Under the pieces are notes generated by a model, which saw only the letters and a list, made by a program, of their open reading frames with translations, was not told the origin of the DNA and made no database searches. DNA of 64,000 bases, taken from contig CAZWKA010000001.1 in assembly GCA_964634875.1 (NCBI GenBank), forward strand, positions 37,600 to 101,599, given 5' to 3'. How positions within the stretch are numbered: the stretch's first letter is position 1; each line of letters starts with the position of its first letter. Both the position numbers and the translations under genes were made by a program. Positions 19,110 to 27,926 of the stretch are shown here, piece after piece. The DNA comes from an uncultured Gammaproteobacteria bacterium (GTDB taxonomy: Bacteria; Patescibacteriota; Patescibacteriia; Magasanikbacterales; GWA2-37-8).

Positions 19110-19703
19110 ATGTTGCTTCGCAAGGATTTATTTTTGGCTATAGCTATAGTTGTCAGCGGTTGCGCCTCGCGAGGTGTGGTTATCGAAGCTCGCCCGGATG
19201 ATCTGCCGAGCGTGAACGGGCATGAGTGTACGGGCCCTGGCTGGACGACCGTTTCGCCCGACCCCATTACCGTCGAAGACAGCAGCGGGGTGATCTGCCG
19301 GAAGGGCGGCTATCACGTGATCGTGAACGCTAGCTCTAGCGGCCAAGGCGTGGCGTCGTATGTCACGTGCCCGGCTGGTTTTGCCTCGGATAGCCAGGAG
19401 TGGAAGAATGGCCTCGTCAGGGCTGGTATCCTGAGCTGTTACAAGGATGGTCCGGATGAGACTCTGCTGGTCTGCCAGATCAATTCCGTGACGATACAGA
19501 CGAGCGCGTGCCCGGTAGACGAGCTGAAGACCTGGGAGCCAATCAAGAGGGGTATGAGCCCTGCCGCTCGCTCGAAGTGTGCGCCGCAGCAGTGTGCTTG
19601 TCGTGACTACACTGCCTTGGAGGTTCTGCGGCACGTGAAGGTCGATGCGCGTCCGGAGTGTTGCTCTGACTACTCTGGTCCATCTTCCGGCTGCGGTGAG
19701 TAA
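19110..19703 (+). CDS. Putative Cys-rich lipoprotein ORFan (cassette 3)
   Basis: Lipobox VVSGC; many Cys; AAGGAG SD. Confidence 0.75.
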   Translation: MLLRKDLFLAIAIVVSGCASRGVVIEARPDDLPSVNGHECTGPGWTTVSPDPITVEDSSGVICRKGGYHVIVNASSSGQGVASYVTCPAGFASDSQEWKNGLVRAGILSCYKDGPDETLLVCQINSVTIQTSACPVDELKTWEPIKRGMSPAARSKCAPQQCACRDYTALEVLRHVKVDARPECCSDYSGPSSGCGE

Positions 19704-19855
19704 CCGAACCTAAGCTCCAGACCACCACCCCTTCCGAGCGCAATCGCTTGCGTTCGCCGTCTCTACCTTAGATTCTAAAAAGTTCTTTTACAATGTAATT
19801 ATTTGGAAATACATAGTGGGAGCAGCAGTTGTACCCAACACAAAGGGGGTCTCAG

Positions 19856-20332
19856 ATGCACGTACGAAATGGTTCCGTGGTCGCCGCAATGTTCACTGTT
19901 TTGCTGGTTCTGTCTGGGTGTTCGGCCATGTTTGTTGGTGCGCCTAGTCGGACAAGCACCGAGTGGCTTGGCTGGTACCATAACCAGACCCAGAACATGT
20001 TGATCACGGTCGGCGACGAAAAGGCTGATCTAAGTGCTAGCGATGAGCGGCGCACGTCATATGTTGCCACTGCGTCGCTTCAGTTTGACGGCATGGTGAA
20101 AGGTACCTTTGCGCACGAAGAGATATGTGTTTCGTTCACTATGCCTGCCACAGACGACAACACCCCGATCTATCGGCGCATCATGATCGGTCGACGCACG
20201 CACGGTATCACCCCGGAGTTGCCCGTTGGCCACCTGACCATCGTCGAGTGTGCCTCACCATCTGGAGCCATTGTCGTTGATCTATACGCTGCCCCGCACA
20301 GCCAGGGAGTACTCGTCGGATCACTGCCATAA
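19856..20332 (+). CDS. Putative lipoprotein ORFan (cassette 4)
   Basis: Lipobox VLSGC; AGGGGG SD before ATG 19856. Confidence 0.72.
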   Translation: MHVRNGSVVAAMFTVLLVLSGCSAMFVGAPSRTSTEWLGWYHNQTQNMLITVGDEKADLSASDERRTSYVATASLQFDGMVKGTFAHEEICVSFTMPATDDNTPIYRRIMIGRRTHGITPELPVGHLTIVECASPSGAIVVDLYAAPHSQGVLVGSLP

Positions 20333-20391
20333 TTCCAACTCCACCCCATCAATGGCACCCCTGCTGCCCTTCTCCACTATGGTTTCTAAAT

Positions 20392-20429
20392 AAAAAAATA
20401 TCCCGGACATTTGTCCGGGATATTTTTTT
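20392..20429. terminator. Bidirectional intrinsic terminator
   Basis: AAAAAATATCCCGGACA-T-TTGTCCGGGATATTTTTT between convergent genes. Confidence 0.85.
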
Positions 20430-20440
20430 AAGAAGATTTT

Positions 20441-21121
20441 TTATTCTTCACTCGCGATGCGGATTGCAGGACCCATCGTGGTGCAGATGATCAGGTTTAT
20501 AAGGTACGTGCCTTTGGCCGTGGCTGGCTTAGCGCGCTTCAAGACATCCAGGAAAGCAGTCAAGTTTTCTTTGAGTTGAGTCTCGGAGAAGCTTACTTTG
20601 CCGATCGATTGGTGGATGTTGCTGGTGTCGTCGTTTTTGAAAGTAATCTTACCTTTTTTCAATTCTTCGATCATTTTTTTGATGTTCGGACTAACCGTTT
20701 CGGTTTTAGGATTCGGCATCAAACCTTTCGGACCAAGTACTTTGGCGACGCCAGCGAGTTTGGACATCATGTCTGGTGTTGTTACGGCAACATCAAATTC
20801 GATTTTACCAGTATCTTTGATGCGTTTAATGTCTTCTTCGCCGTAGACAAAATCTGCCCCAGCGTCTTTGGCTTCTTTTTCTTTTTCAGCCGAAACAAAA
20901 GCGGCTACTTTTTTGGTTTTACCAGTACCGTGCGGAAGCGAAGCGCTGGCGCGAACCTGTTGTTCACCTTTCTTTGGATCAATACCAAGGTGGGCGTGGA
21001 CTTCTACGCTAGCGTCAAATTTAACGCCGCTGGTTTCGCGGACGAGCTTGATTGCGTCGTCCCAGGAATACACGCGGGTTTTGTCGATTTTCGCGGCGAT
21101 TTCCTTCATTCGTTTGTTCAT
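20441..21121 (-). CDS. rplA: 50S ribosomal protein L1
   Basis: KFDASVEVH...LGIDP, LPHGTGK, LGPKGLMPNPK, TTMGP. Confidence 0.97.
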   Translation of the reverse strand: MNKRMKEIAAKIDKTRVYSWDDAIKLVRETSGVKFDASVEVHAHLGIDPKKGEQQVRASASLPHGTGKTKKVAAFVSAEKEKEAKDAGADFVYGEEDIKRIKDTGKIEFDVAVTTPDMMSKLAGVAKVLGPKGLMPNPKTETVSPNIKKMIEELKKGKITFKNDDTSNIHQSIGKVSFSETQLKENLTAFLDVLKRAKPATAKGTYLINLIICTTMGPAIRIASEE

Positions 21122-21133
21122 AGTCCTTGAGTT

Positions 21134-21172
21134 TAGTGGTACAAGCCCTCTGGATGGCAGAGGTCCCACCGA
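21134..21172 (-). promoter_or_regulatory. Putative L1 autoregulatory leader
   Basis: GTGGGA-hairpin-ACCAC pattern directly upstream of rplA; promoter TTGACA-17-TATACT at 21189-21217. Confidence 0.55.
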
Positions 21173-21264
21173 AGTTAAAAGTAGGGAAAGTATAGCTAAG
21201 TACTGGGTTTTTGTCAAGAATACGAGCGGCCTCTCAGGAAGGGCCGCTCGGTGGGTAGTCGTGT

Positions 21265-22104
21265 TTAGGAAAGGCTGGGTGCTCCGGCTGTGCTGAATTT
21301 GCGCCGCGGCCTGAGATCCCAGATGATGTGGCAGCGTGCGAGCAGCCACAAGAGGTAGTAGGAGAGGTCGATCTGCCACCAGTGGTGACCCTGACGCGCC
21401 GCTGACTTGTCGTAGTGGTGGTTGTTATGCCACCCTTCGCCCATCGTCAGGAAGGCGATCAGGGCATTATTTCGGCTTTCGTCGCCGGTCTGGTAGGGCT
21501 TAGTGCCCCAGACATGGGCCAGACTATTCACCATAAACGTGGCATGCCAGAAGACGAGTGTCGAAGCGCCCATCCCGATCACGACACCGCTCCAGCCTGC
21601 GATCAAGTAACAGAGGCCTGTCAGTAAGAGGGGCGGCAGGTAGTGATAGTGGTGGAGCCAGTGCAGCTCTCTGAACTTAGCGAGATCCTTCACGACAGCT
21701 AGATCAGTGTGGCCGCGTTCAGCGTCACCGAGCCAGCCCACATGTGCCCACCAGAGACCGCGTTGGACAGGCGAGTGGACATCCTCAGGCTGGTCGGCGA
21801 ACTGGTGGTGTCGGCGGTGGTGCGCCGCCCACCAGAGCGGGCCTTTCTGTACGCACATACACCCGAAGAACGCGATCAGAAACTGGACGAAGCGACTGGT
21901 CTTGAAGGACCGGTGGGCGAAGTACCTATGGTACCCCGCAGTAATGACAAACATGCGCGTCCAGTAGAGCACGATAGCCAGGGCTACTGCCCGCCCGGTG
22001 ACGCCTGTCCAGATGGCAAGGATTGGTACAAGATGGATTGCTCGAAACGTGATCCAGTTTAGCCAATCGGTGGCTTTGGGCAGGACTTTGATTTCCGCTT
22101 CCAT
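21265..22104 (-). CDS. Membrane fatty acid (acyl-CoA delta-9-like) desaturase
   Basis: His boxes GYHRYFAH, HHRRHH, GEGWHNNHH; start codon uncertain (22104 or 22164). Confidence 0.92.
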   Translation of the reverse strand: MEAEIKVLPKATDWLNWITFRAIHLVPILAIWTGVTGRAVALAIVLYWTRMFVITAGYHRYFAHRSFKTSRFVQFLIAFFGCMCVQKGPLWWAAHHRRHHQFADQPEDVHSPVQRGLWWAHVGWLGDAERGHTDLAVVKDLAKFRELHWLHHYHYLPPLLLTGLCYLIAGWSGVVIGMGASTLVFWHATFMVNSLAHVWGTKPYQTGDESRNNALIAFLTMGEGWHNNHHYDKSAARQGHHWWQIDLSYYLLWLLARCHIIWDLRPRRKFSTAGAPSLS

Positions 22105-22227
22105 GGTGAATGGTGCCTCAACTTTCTTGGGCGTAATGATAGTCTCGGTAGTCGTGAAAGTCAATTGTTGTTTTTAAAATATAGACAAAAAGTATGCTTT
22201 AGCGTAGGATACAGTAACTTTTAAAAT

Positions 22228-22809
22228 ATGTTTTCCGGTATTATCCAAACAATTTGCAAAGTAGAAACTCGTGCCACGAAAAATGGCTCGCTTTTTTTAA
22301 CCATAGAAAAACCAAAAGGTTGGAAAATTAAACCCGGAGACTCGATTGCGACCAATGGTGTCTGTCTCACTGTCAAAACGCTGAATGGAAAAAAATACAC
22401 GACTGAACTTATGCCCGAAACACTTGAGCGCACCACCTTTGGTCAAATTGTTCCCAAGCTCGTGAACCTCGAACCATCGCTTACATTGAATACGCTCATG
22501 GATGGCCACCTTGTGCTCGGACATGTGGATACGATTGGAACAATTACCAAGCTTCAGGATAAAGGCCGCTCTCGGATATATACCGTACGTTTCCCCAAAA
22601 AATACAGCAATCTGGTCGTGGAAAAAGGTTCGATTACAATTGATGGTATTAGTCTTACGATTGTTGGTTGTGGCAAAGACTTTCTGACCGTCTCGCTCGT
22701 CGATTATACTATTCAGCACACGACACTCGGCGCGAAAAAAATCGGGGAAGCAGTTAACCTCGAATTTGATATCATGGCGAAGTATGTCGCCCGAATGCTT
22801 AAAAAATAA
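22228..22809 (+). CDS. ribE: Riboflavin synthase (alpha chain)
   Basis: MFSGII, GDSIATNGVCLTV, GHLVLGHVD, KGSITIDGISLT, VNLEFD. Confidence 0.95.
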   Translation: MFSGIIQTICKVETRATKNGSLFLTIEKPKGWKIKPGDSIATNGVCLTVKTLNGKKYTTELMPETLERTTFGQIVPKLVNLEPSLTLNTLMDGHLVLGHVDTIGTITKLQDKGRSRIYTVRFPKKYSNLVVEKGSITIDGISLTIVGCGKDFLTVSLVDYTIQHTTLGAKKIGEAVNLEFDIMAKYVARMLKK

Positions 22810-22821
22810 AATTGTTTGTAT

Positions 22822-23295
22822 ATGCAGCACTCGAGCAAAGGACAGTTCAAAAAATTTAATGCCAAAGAATACCGGGTTGCTATTGTAGCCGCTCAATTTA
22901 ATCGCGACATCACCGAGGCGATTACCAAACACGCTGTGGCGGCGCTTACCGATTATGGTGTAGCACCTGAAAACAGGCCGATCCACCGCGTGGCGGGCAG
23001 CGTAGAAATTCCGGTTATTTTAAAAGCGCTTGTTGATACAAATCACTACGATGCGGTTGTCGTCGTTGGCGCAATTATTCGTGGTGCCACCGACCACTAT
23101 ACGCATGTAGCCAACATTGTTGTGGATGGAGTCAATCGGACGATGGCGGCCGGGCTTCCGGTTGGGTTCGCGGTACTTACTGTTGAAAATCATGCTCAGG
23201 CAGTAGAACGACTTGAAATTGGTCGTGATGCTGCGATAGCTGCGCTTCAGGCAGCCAAGATCGTTAGCGCTATTGAAAAAATTAGTAAAAAATAA
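22822..23295 (+). CDS. ribH: 6,7-dimethyl-8-ribityllumazine synthase
   Basis: AIVAAQFN, VAGSVEIP, GAIIRGATDH. Confidence 0.93.
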   Translation: MQHSSKGQFKKFNAKEYRVAIVAAQFNRDITEAITKHAVAALTDYGVAPENRPIHRVAGSVEIPVILKALVDTNHYDAVVVVGAIIRGATDHYTHVANIVVDGVNRTMAAGLPVGFAVLTVENHAQAVERLEIGRDAAIAALQAAKIVSAIEKISKK

Positions 23296-23401
23296 TTCCT
23301 TTCACGTAACACGTAGCACATAACACGTAACCCACGGCAATTGTTAGGTGCTACGTGTTACGTGAATTGATACAATTTACTTCTATAGCATCTGAATAAA
23401 T

Positions 23402-23767
23402 ATGGAACTCAAGCCACTCACCCCTGAAGAAAAAAATGTTATCATCGACAAAGGCACTGAACGCCCTTTTACTGGCGAATACGATGATTTTTTTGTGGAA
23501 GGCACGTATCTCTGTCGTCAGTGCGAAACGCCGCTCTATACATCGGATAGTAAGTTTCACTCTGGGTGCGGTTGGCCGAGTTTTGACCAGGAAATTCCGG
23601 GCGCGGTGAAGCGCACCACGGATGCCGACGGTAGTCGTACCGAAATTACCTGTAACACCTGTGCCGGGCATCTTGGTCATGTTTTTACGGGTGAGCAGTT
23701 GACTGCCAAAAATACTCGTCATTGTGTAAATTCATTGTCGCTTAAATTTATCCCTAAACAAGTCTAA
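23402..23767 (+). CDS. msrB: Peptide-methionine (R)-S-oxide reductase
   Basis: [29 protein letters not shown]. Confidence 0.95.
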   Translation: MELKPLTPEEKNVIIDKGTERPFTGEYDDFFVEGTYLCRQCETPLYTSDSKFHSGCGWPSFDQEIPGAVKRTTDADGSRTEITCNTCAGHLGHVFTGEQLTAKNTRHCVNSLSLKFIPKQV

Positions 23768-24003
23768 ATTGCTAAAAGCTTTTTACTTAGCCAAAAACAG
23801 CCTAAAATAGGCTGTTTTTGTTTTAGTTGAGCCAAAATACCCTTGACAAAACCTCAAAAATATGGTAGCGTTCAACGCTTTGCGTTAACGCGCAAAGTTT
23901 TTTTGTACGTTGAAAATTTTTAGCAAACAGAAGTTGTTTTAGCAGAAAACGCTGGTGTTGTGCGCCGTAGGTTTCTGCTAAAACAACAAACAGGGGGTAG
24001 CCC

Positions 24004-25725
24004 ATGACATTCCAAGAAAGTTATCGTTGTGCGCTCTTGTTTCTTGTCCTTGCCGCTTGCGGCGTGGAAGGGGTCTTTGTTCCAGGATATGTTCATCCGG
24101 ATGGTGAACCGCCGAGTACGCCTCCGGCTGGTCAAACCCGCTCGCCATCACTGGATCTTTCCAGTATTTGTCGGGATCTGCCGGCTGTTCGCGCACCGCT
24201 TGACGAGACTCGGTGGGGCGAGGCGCTCTGGAAGCCGCTCATCGCGGATAACATCGTCGAGTACGTGCGGTTGAGGGGGCTAACGACGACGGACCAGGTC
24301 GGTCACGCAAGTCAGGTCCCGCTCATCAACGATCTCCACGAGCCAGAGCGAATGCGCCGGGCCATCCGGGAGTTTCTAGGTGACAGTCTGAAAAACACCT
24401 GTGTGCCGATTTTGCCCAAACTCGATGCGCACGATCTCGGTCTTACCGAAGCGCAGAAGGAGCTCGCCCACATTCATCCATTCGAGGATGGTAGCGGCTT
24501 TTACCAGGAACCCTGGCTCGTCATGGCAAACGGGAATCCGCCACGTGAGACGCGGGTTCGGGTGTTGCGACTCACGATGCAGAACCTGATCGGCAACCAG
24601 AGCCAGGCGTTCGTGCTCGTGCCTACAAGTCCCGGGCCGCACCCGGTAACACTCGTCGCCCACCAGACGCTGGCGAAGTGCGGCGCACGTGAACCGGTCG
24701 GTGCGTGCACTCCCGAAGAAGACGGTCTCCCGTGGCAGGCACTCGCCATGAAACTGGCCGGTGACGGTTTTATCGTTATCGCGCCTGACATGATTGGGTA
24801 CGGTAGTGCTTATGATCCGGCGGTTTTGGTTAGCGAATACGACTCAAAAGAGATGCAGCGGATCCGCCAATACTTTCCGAACATATCGGTGATGGCAGTC
24901 GAGATGATCCAGCTTGAGCGTTTCGTCAAAGCGCTCTACCAGCTCGGGGACGCTGGCCACTTCAAGATAAAAGGGAAAAAGATTGCCATTGCCGGTCACT
25001 CCAAGGGTGGCTACCTTGCCGTTCTGTTTGCAGCGCTCTATCCAGAGTTCGTCAAAATTGTCTTCTCGAGCGCGGGAGCTTTCAACTATCCGCTCAAGGG
25101 GCCGTATGGCGACGATCTCGGATTTACTGAAGCGAAACCGTTGCTGCTTGGTATTGACGGACGTATCTGTGGTTGGGGGTACTCCCAGGCCGAGTGTGCT
25201 TTTGCTGGACGAAACCAGCGCTACCTCGCCATCGACTTCCCGGTTCTGGTTCGCGCCATGCTCGGGCAGGGGCAAGCGGTCTACCTTATTGCCATCGAAG
25301 ACGATCGGCTCTACCGCATACCAGCTGTGGAGCAGATTCGTCTTGCGGGCGAAGAAGGGGCGCGTCAGGCTCGTCTGGTTGGCGGCGAATTCTGGTACGG
25401 CATTGTGGAAAGTGGTCTGAGGGACGGAGACGGTAGCGCCTGTCGAGTGAAAGCCGAAATCCAGCACGAACAAAACCAGCTCGCCTGCGAAGATGAGCCC
25501 GAAGAAACTGATCGGGAATTCTGCTCTGGCAAGAGTGACCACGACTACTACCGCGAGATCTTCTTCTGCCAGCTCGTCCACGGGCGGAACCACGGCATCT
25601 ACTACGATCATGTTAACAGAGGTCTCGATGCTATCCGCCGCGTGATGCAGACGGACGTGGTCCGTGACTTCACCGGCGAAGTCTACCGCTCGAACGGTTC
25701 ACCTCGCAACTATCAGTCCTTCTAA
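24004..25725 (+). CDS. Putative lipoprotein alpha/beta hydrolase (GC-rich class)
   Basis: Lipobox LAACG; FIVIAPDMIGYG and nucleophile elbow GHSKGG; AGGGGG SD. Confidence 0.75.
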   Translation: MTFQESYRCALLFLVLAACGVEGVFVPGYVHPDGEPPSTPPAGQTRSPSLDLSSICRDLPAVRAPLDETRWGEALWKPLIADNIVEYVRLRGLTTTDQVGHASQVPLINDLHEPERMRRAIREFLGDSLKNTCVPILPKLDAHDLGLTEAQKELAHIHPFEDGSGFYQEPWLVMANGNPPRETRVRVLRLTMQNLIGNQSQAFVLVPTSPGPHPVTLVAHQTLAKCGAREPVGACTPEEDGLPWQALAMKLAGDGFIVIAPDMIGYGSAYDPAVLVSEYDSKEMQRIRQYFPNISVMAVEMIQLERFVKALYQLGDAGHFKIKGKKIAIAGHSKGGYLAVLFAALYPEFVKIVFSSAGAFNYPLKGPYGDDLGFTEAKPLLLGIDGRICGWGYSQAECAFAGRNQRYLAIDFPVLVRAMLGQGQAVYLIAIEDDRLYRIPAVEQIRLAGEEGARQARLVGGEFWYGIVESGLRDGDGSACRVKAEIQHEQNQLACEDEPEETDREFCSGKSDHDYYREIFFCQLVHGRNHGIYYDHVNRGLDAIRRVMQTDVVRDFTGEVYRSNGSPRNYQSF

Positions 25726-25900
25726 ATTCTTTTGCGCGGTTTCGATTTCTCTCTCACCACCCGCGCACTTAATCTGGCGAACAGTCACTGTTCCCTAGAT
25801 TGAGCGGGTGGTGGCTAGAAAGTTTTTGCTCAAGCCCACATTTGTTTAGTAAAAACTTTTTAGCTATGGTATTCTATATATATTCTTAACATGCGTGTCT

Positions 25901-26242
25901 ATGGCTCGACAACGAAACATATCTTCTGATGAAGAAGCGGCGCAGGTTGCCCGGTGGCTTGAACAAAATGCCCAGGCTGATTCAGCTCAGCAGGTGGAAG
26001 ATGTCTTAGTAAAAGCCCAGCGCGCTCACCAAGGAGATGATGAGGCTGAGTGGCAACGGGAAATGGGTGGAGGAAAAGAAAATGATAAACCCTCACAAGA
26101 TGCTGTTCACCTCAGCCCGCTTGCCAAAGAGGTTCGAGAGATAGCGGCGGCGCGAAAAGCACAACAACGAAAAGAACAGCCTCAAGCCCTGGGTTCTAAA
26201 AAAGAAAGTTGGATTGATAAAGCAAGAAATATTTTTAGATAG
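25901..26242 (+). CDS. Hypothetical protein
   Basis: Charged ORF ending at a bidirectional terminator. Confidence 0.55.
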   Translation: MARQRNISSDEEAAQVARWLEQNAQADSAQQVEDVLVKAQRAHQGDDEAEWQREMGGGKENDKPSQDAVHLSPLAKEVREIAAARKAQQRKEQPQALGSKKESWIDKARNIFR

Positions 26243-26281
26243 CAAAAAAATCCTTCCCGGATAACCAGGAAGGATTTTTTA

Positions 26282-27046
26282 TTAGCGGTTTTTATTTTTC
26301 ATTTGTTCGCTGCAGAAATATGCGATTCCGTCGCGCACCCACGCTGCGAGCCCGGGTCGGAATTTGTCGTAATACGCTGTAAAGCGCGGATCGTCCACAT
26401 ACATTTGTCCCAGGTTCTGGTACATCTCTATTGGGCAGTCGTAGAAAAATTGAATGCCTTGGTAATGTTCGGCCACGAGTCCTTGCGCTTTTTGGCTGTC
26501 AAAGGGCATGTCCATTGCTGCGGCAAGTCGCTCTGTCAGATTTTTTTGTTTTTCTTTGAGTGCTGCCATTTCGGCCTTAGTCATCTTGGCGACTTTCGCC
26601 GTACTTTGTTTGTACGCTTCGGTATTTCCCCAGCGTTCTTTCACTTCGGCTTGGTACTGTTTCACGTCGTTGTCTTTGAACGCGTCGTAAAGTTCTTCGT
26701 CTTTAATGGGTTGATTATTTTGCATAGTAGTAATTGTTGTGGTGATTGTAGTAATAAGTTTGTCCAGTCGTTTGCGTTTGAGCTCGATCATTTTTTTCTG
26801 TTCCTGAAGCGCGCCAATCACACTATAGTTAGGGCGATTCAGAATTTCTTTGATTTCGGAAAGTTCAAAATCAAGTTCGCGAAAAAATAATATTTGTTGC
26901 AAACGAATAAGCTGGGGCTCTTCGTATTGCCGGTAGCCATTTTTTTGGATACTGGCAGGGGAGAGGAGGCCAATCTCGTCGTAGTAATGCAGTGTGCGCA
27001 CGCTGACGCCGGCGAGTTTGGCCAGGTTGTGGATTGTGTAAGGCAT
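26282..27046 (-). CDS. MerR-family regulator with TipAS domain (Mta/TipA-like)
   Basis: VSVRTLHYYDEIGLL HTH; C-terminal MYVDDPRFTAYYD. Confidence 0.92.
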   Translation of the reverse strand: MPYTIHNLAKLAGVSVRTLHYYDEIGLLSPASIQKNGYRQYEEPQLIRLQQILFFRELDFELSEIKEILNRPNYSVIGALQEQKKMIELKRKRLDKLITTITTTITTMQNNQPIKDEELYDAFKDNDVKQYQAEVKERWGNTEAYKQSTAKVAKMTKAEMAALKEKQKNLTERLAAAMDMPFDSQKAQGLVAEHYQGIQFFYDCPIEMYQNLGQMYVDDPRFTAYYDKFRPGLAAWVRDGIAYFCSEQMKNKNR

Positions 27047-27070
27047 AGTTTTTAGTAGCTACTATAACCC

Positions 27071-27101
27071 AGTTTAAACTATTACGTAACGTTAGAGTCA
27101 A
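27071..27101 (-). promoter_or_regulatory. MerR-type autoregulated promoter
   Basis: TTGACT, 19-nt spacer (CTAACGTTACGTAATAGTT, partly palindromic), TAAACT. Confidence 0.7.
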
Positions 27102-27290
27102 GAAGGGGGTGTGGATAGGTTTATATGTGATCACGCTTTAGCCAAAAGCCGGTTACAGTTGACATTACGCTGGTTGTGTAGTATATTTGCGTGTTCTAAA
27201 AATAGAACAAAGGCAGTTTTTTTAGCTATACATGGCTCAAAAAACTGCCTCTGATTGTAGGGGCAACCAATAAAAAAGCGGAGGTTTGCC

Positions 27291-27926
27291 ATGGTCGATC
27301 GAGACAAGCTGGCTCAGATGCTGCGTCGTGCTCAGCCCGAGATCATGCTGATCATTACGTTTGCTGACGGAAGAGTTGAGATTGGTCTGCACTTTTTGTA
27401 CGTGCTCCACCAGAGCGGGTACGTTGTGATCAGTCCTGTTGATATCCGGCAAGTTGAGGCAGACCTTAATCTGAGGGGGTATAAGTCGCCTCAGAAGCGC
27501 TCGGTGCGTTTTCGAATCTGCTCGAAAGAAGGTTTGTTCGAGAACATGCTTCTCCTTGTCGATCATACCGAGTCGATAGGTGCGGCTGACGATCATCCGC
27601 TCAAGGCGCTAGTAACTCGTCGGATAGAGCTGCAGCGCCGGTTGGCTGATGGTGTCTTGAAGATTTTGGTAACCCCAGTGGTCAAGGTCGAGGCATCGAG
27701 TTGGGGCCTCACCTTGTCGGCAGCCTTCAATGCTGTTCAGGATTTCCCAGCGTTCACGGTCGACATTATGAACGGTGCCGCCGTTCAGCTGACGATTACT
27801 GTGGACTGCTGGAGTGGTGGTATTTTTGCGGGTGAATGTTACCTGGCGCGTTATGCGGGACCCGACGCGTTGGAGCACCATCTCATTACTCAGTTGACAG
27901 CGGTCGCTGAAAAGCTCGCTGGCTAA
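27291..27926 (+). CDS. Hypothetical ORFan (SD-bearing class)
   Basis: GGAGG SD; promoter TTGACA-17-TATATT (27159-27187); hairpins on both sides. Confidence 0.65.
   Translation: MVDRDKLAQMLRRAQPEIMLIITFADGRVEIGLHFLYVLHQSGYVVISPVDIRQVEADLNLRGYKSPQKRSVRFRICSKEGLFENMLLLVDHTESIGAADDHPLKALVTRRIELQRRLADGVLKILVTPVVKVEASSWGLTLSAAFNAVQDFPAFTVDIMNGAAVQLTITVDCWSGGIFAGECYLARYAGPDALEHHLITQLTAVAEKLAG

Larger units (their letters stand above)
17652..20393 (+). repeat. Array of five boxA-like motifs and paired stem arms enclosing individual genes
   Basis: boxA-like at 17652, 18288, 18358, 19041, 19782; arm pairs 17665-17690/18258-18285, 18300-18356 (empty unit), 18374-18400/19012-19039, 19059-19085/19751-19779, 19799-19828/20361-20393. 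Confidence 0.85.

Noticed and set aside
17652-20393. Integron cassette array (attC sites)
   Set aside because: The arms pair across each gene rather than forming one attC hairpin between genes; no clear RYYYAAC/GTTRRRY box pairs and no integrase in the window. Not fully excluded without IntegronFinder.
17652-20393. CRISPR array or IS/MITE terminal inverted repeats
   Set aside because: Repeats are degenerate and 0.5-0.7 kb apart around ORFs; no cas or transposase gene; no target-site duplications seen; mismatches are mostly sense-strand G-U.
21122-21379. N-terminal extension of L1 in the ORF track
   Set aside because: It overlaps the promoter, leader and desaturase 3' end; L1 homology begins at ATG 21121.
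22228-23295. Incomplete riboflavin pathway
   Set aside because: ribBA/ribD may be elsewhere in the genome; this cannot be judged from the window.
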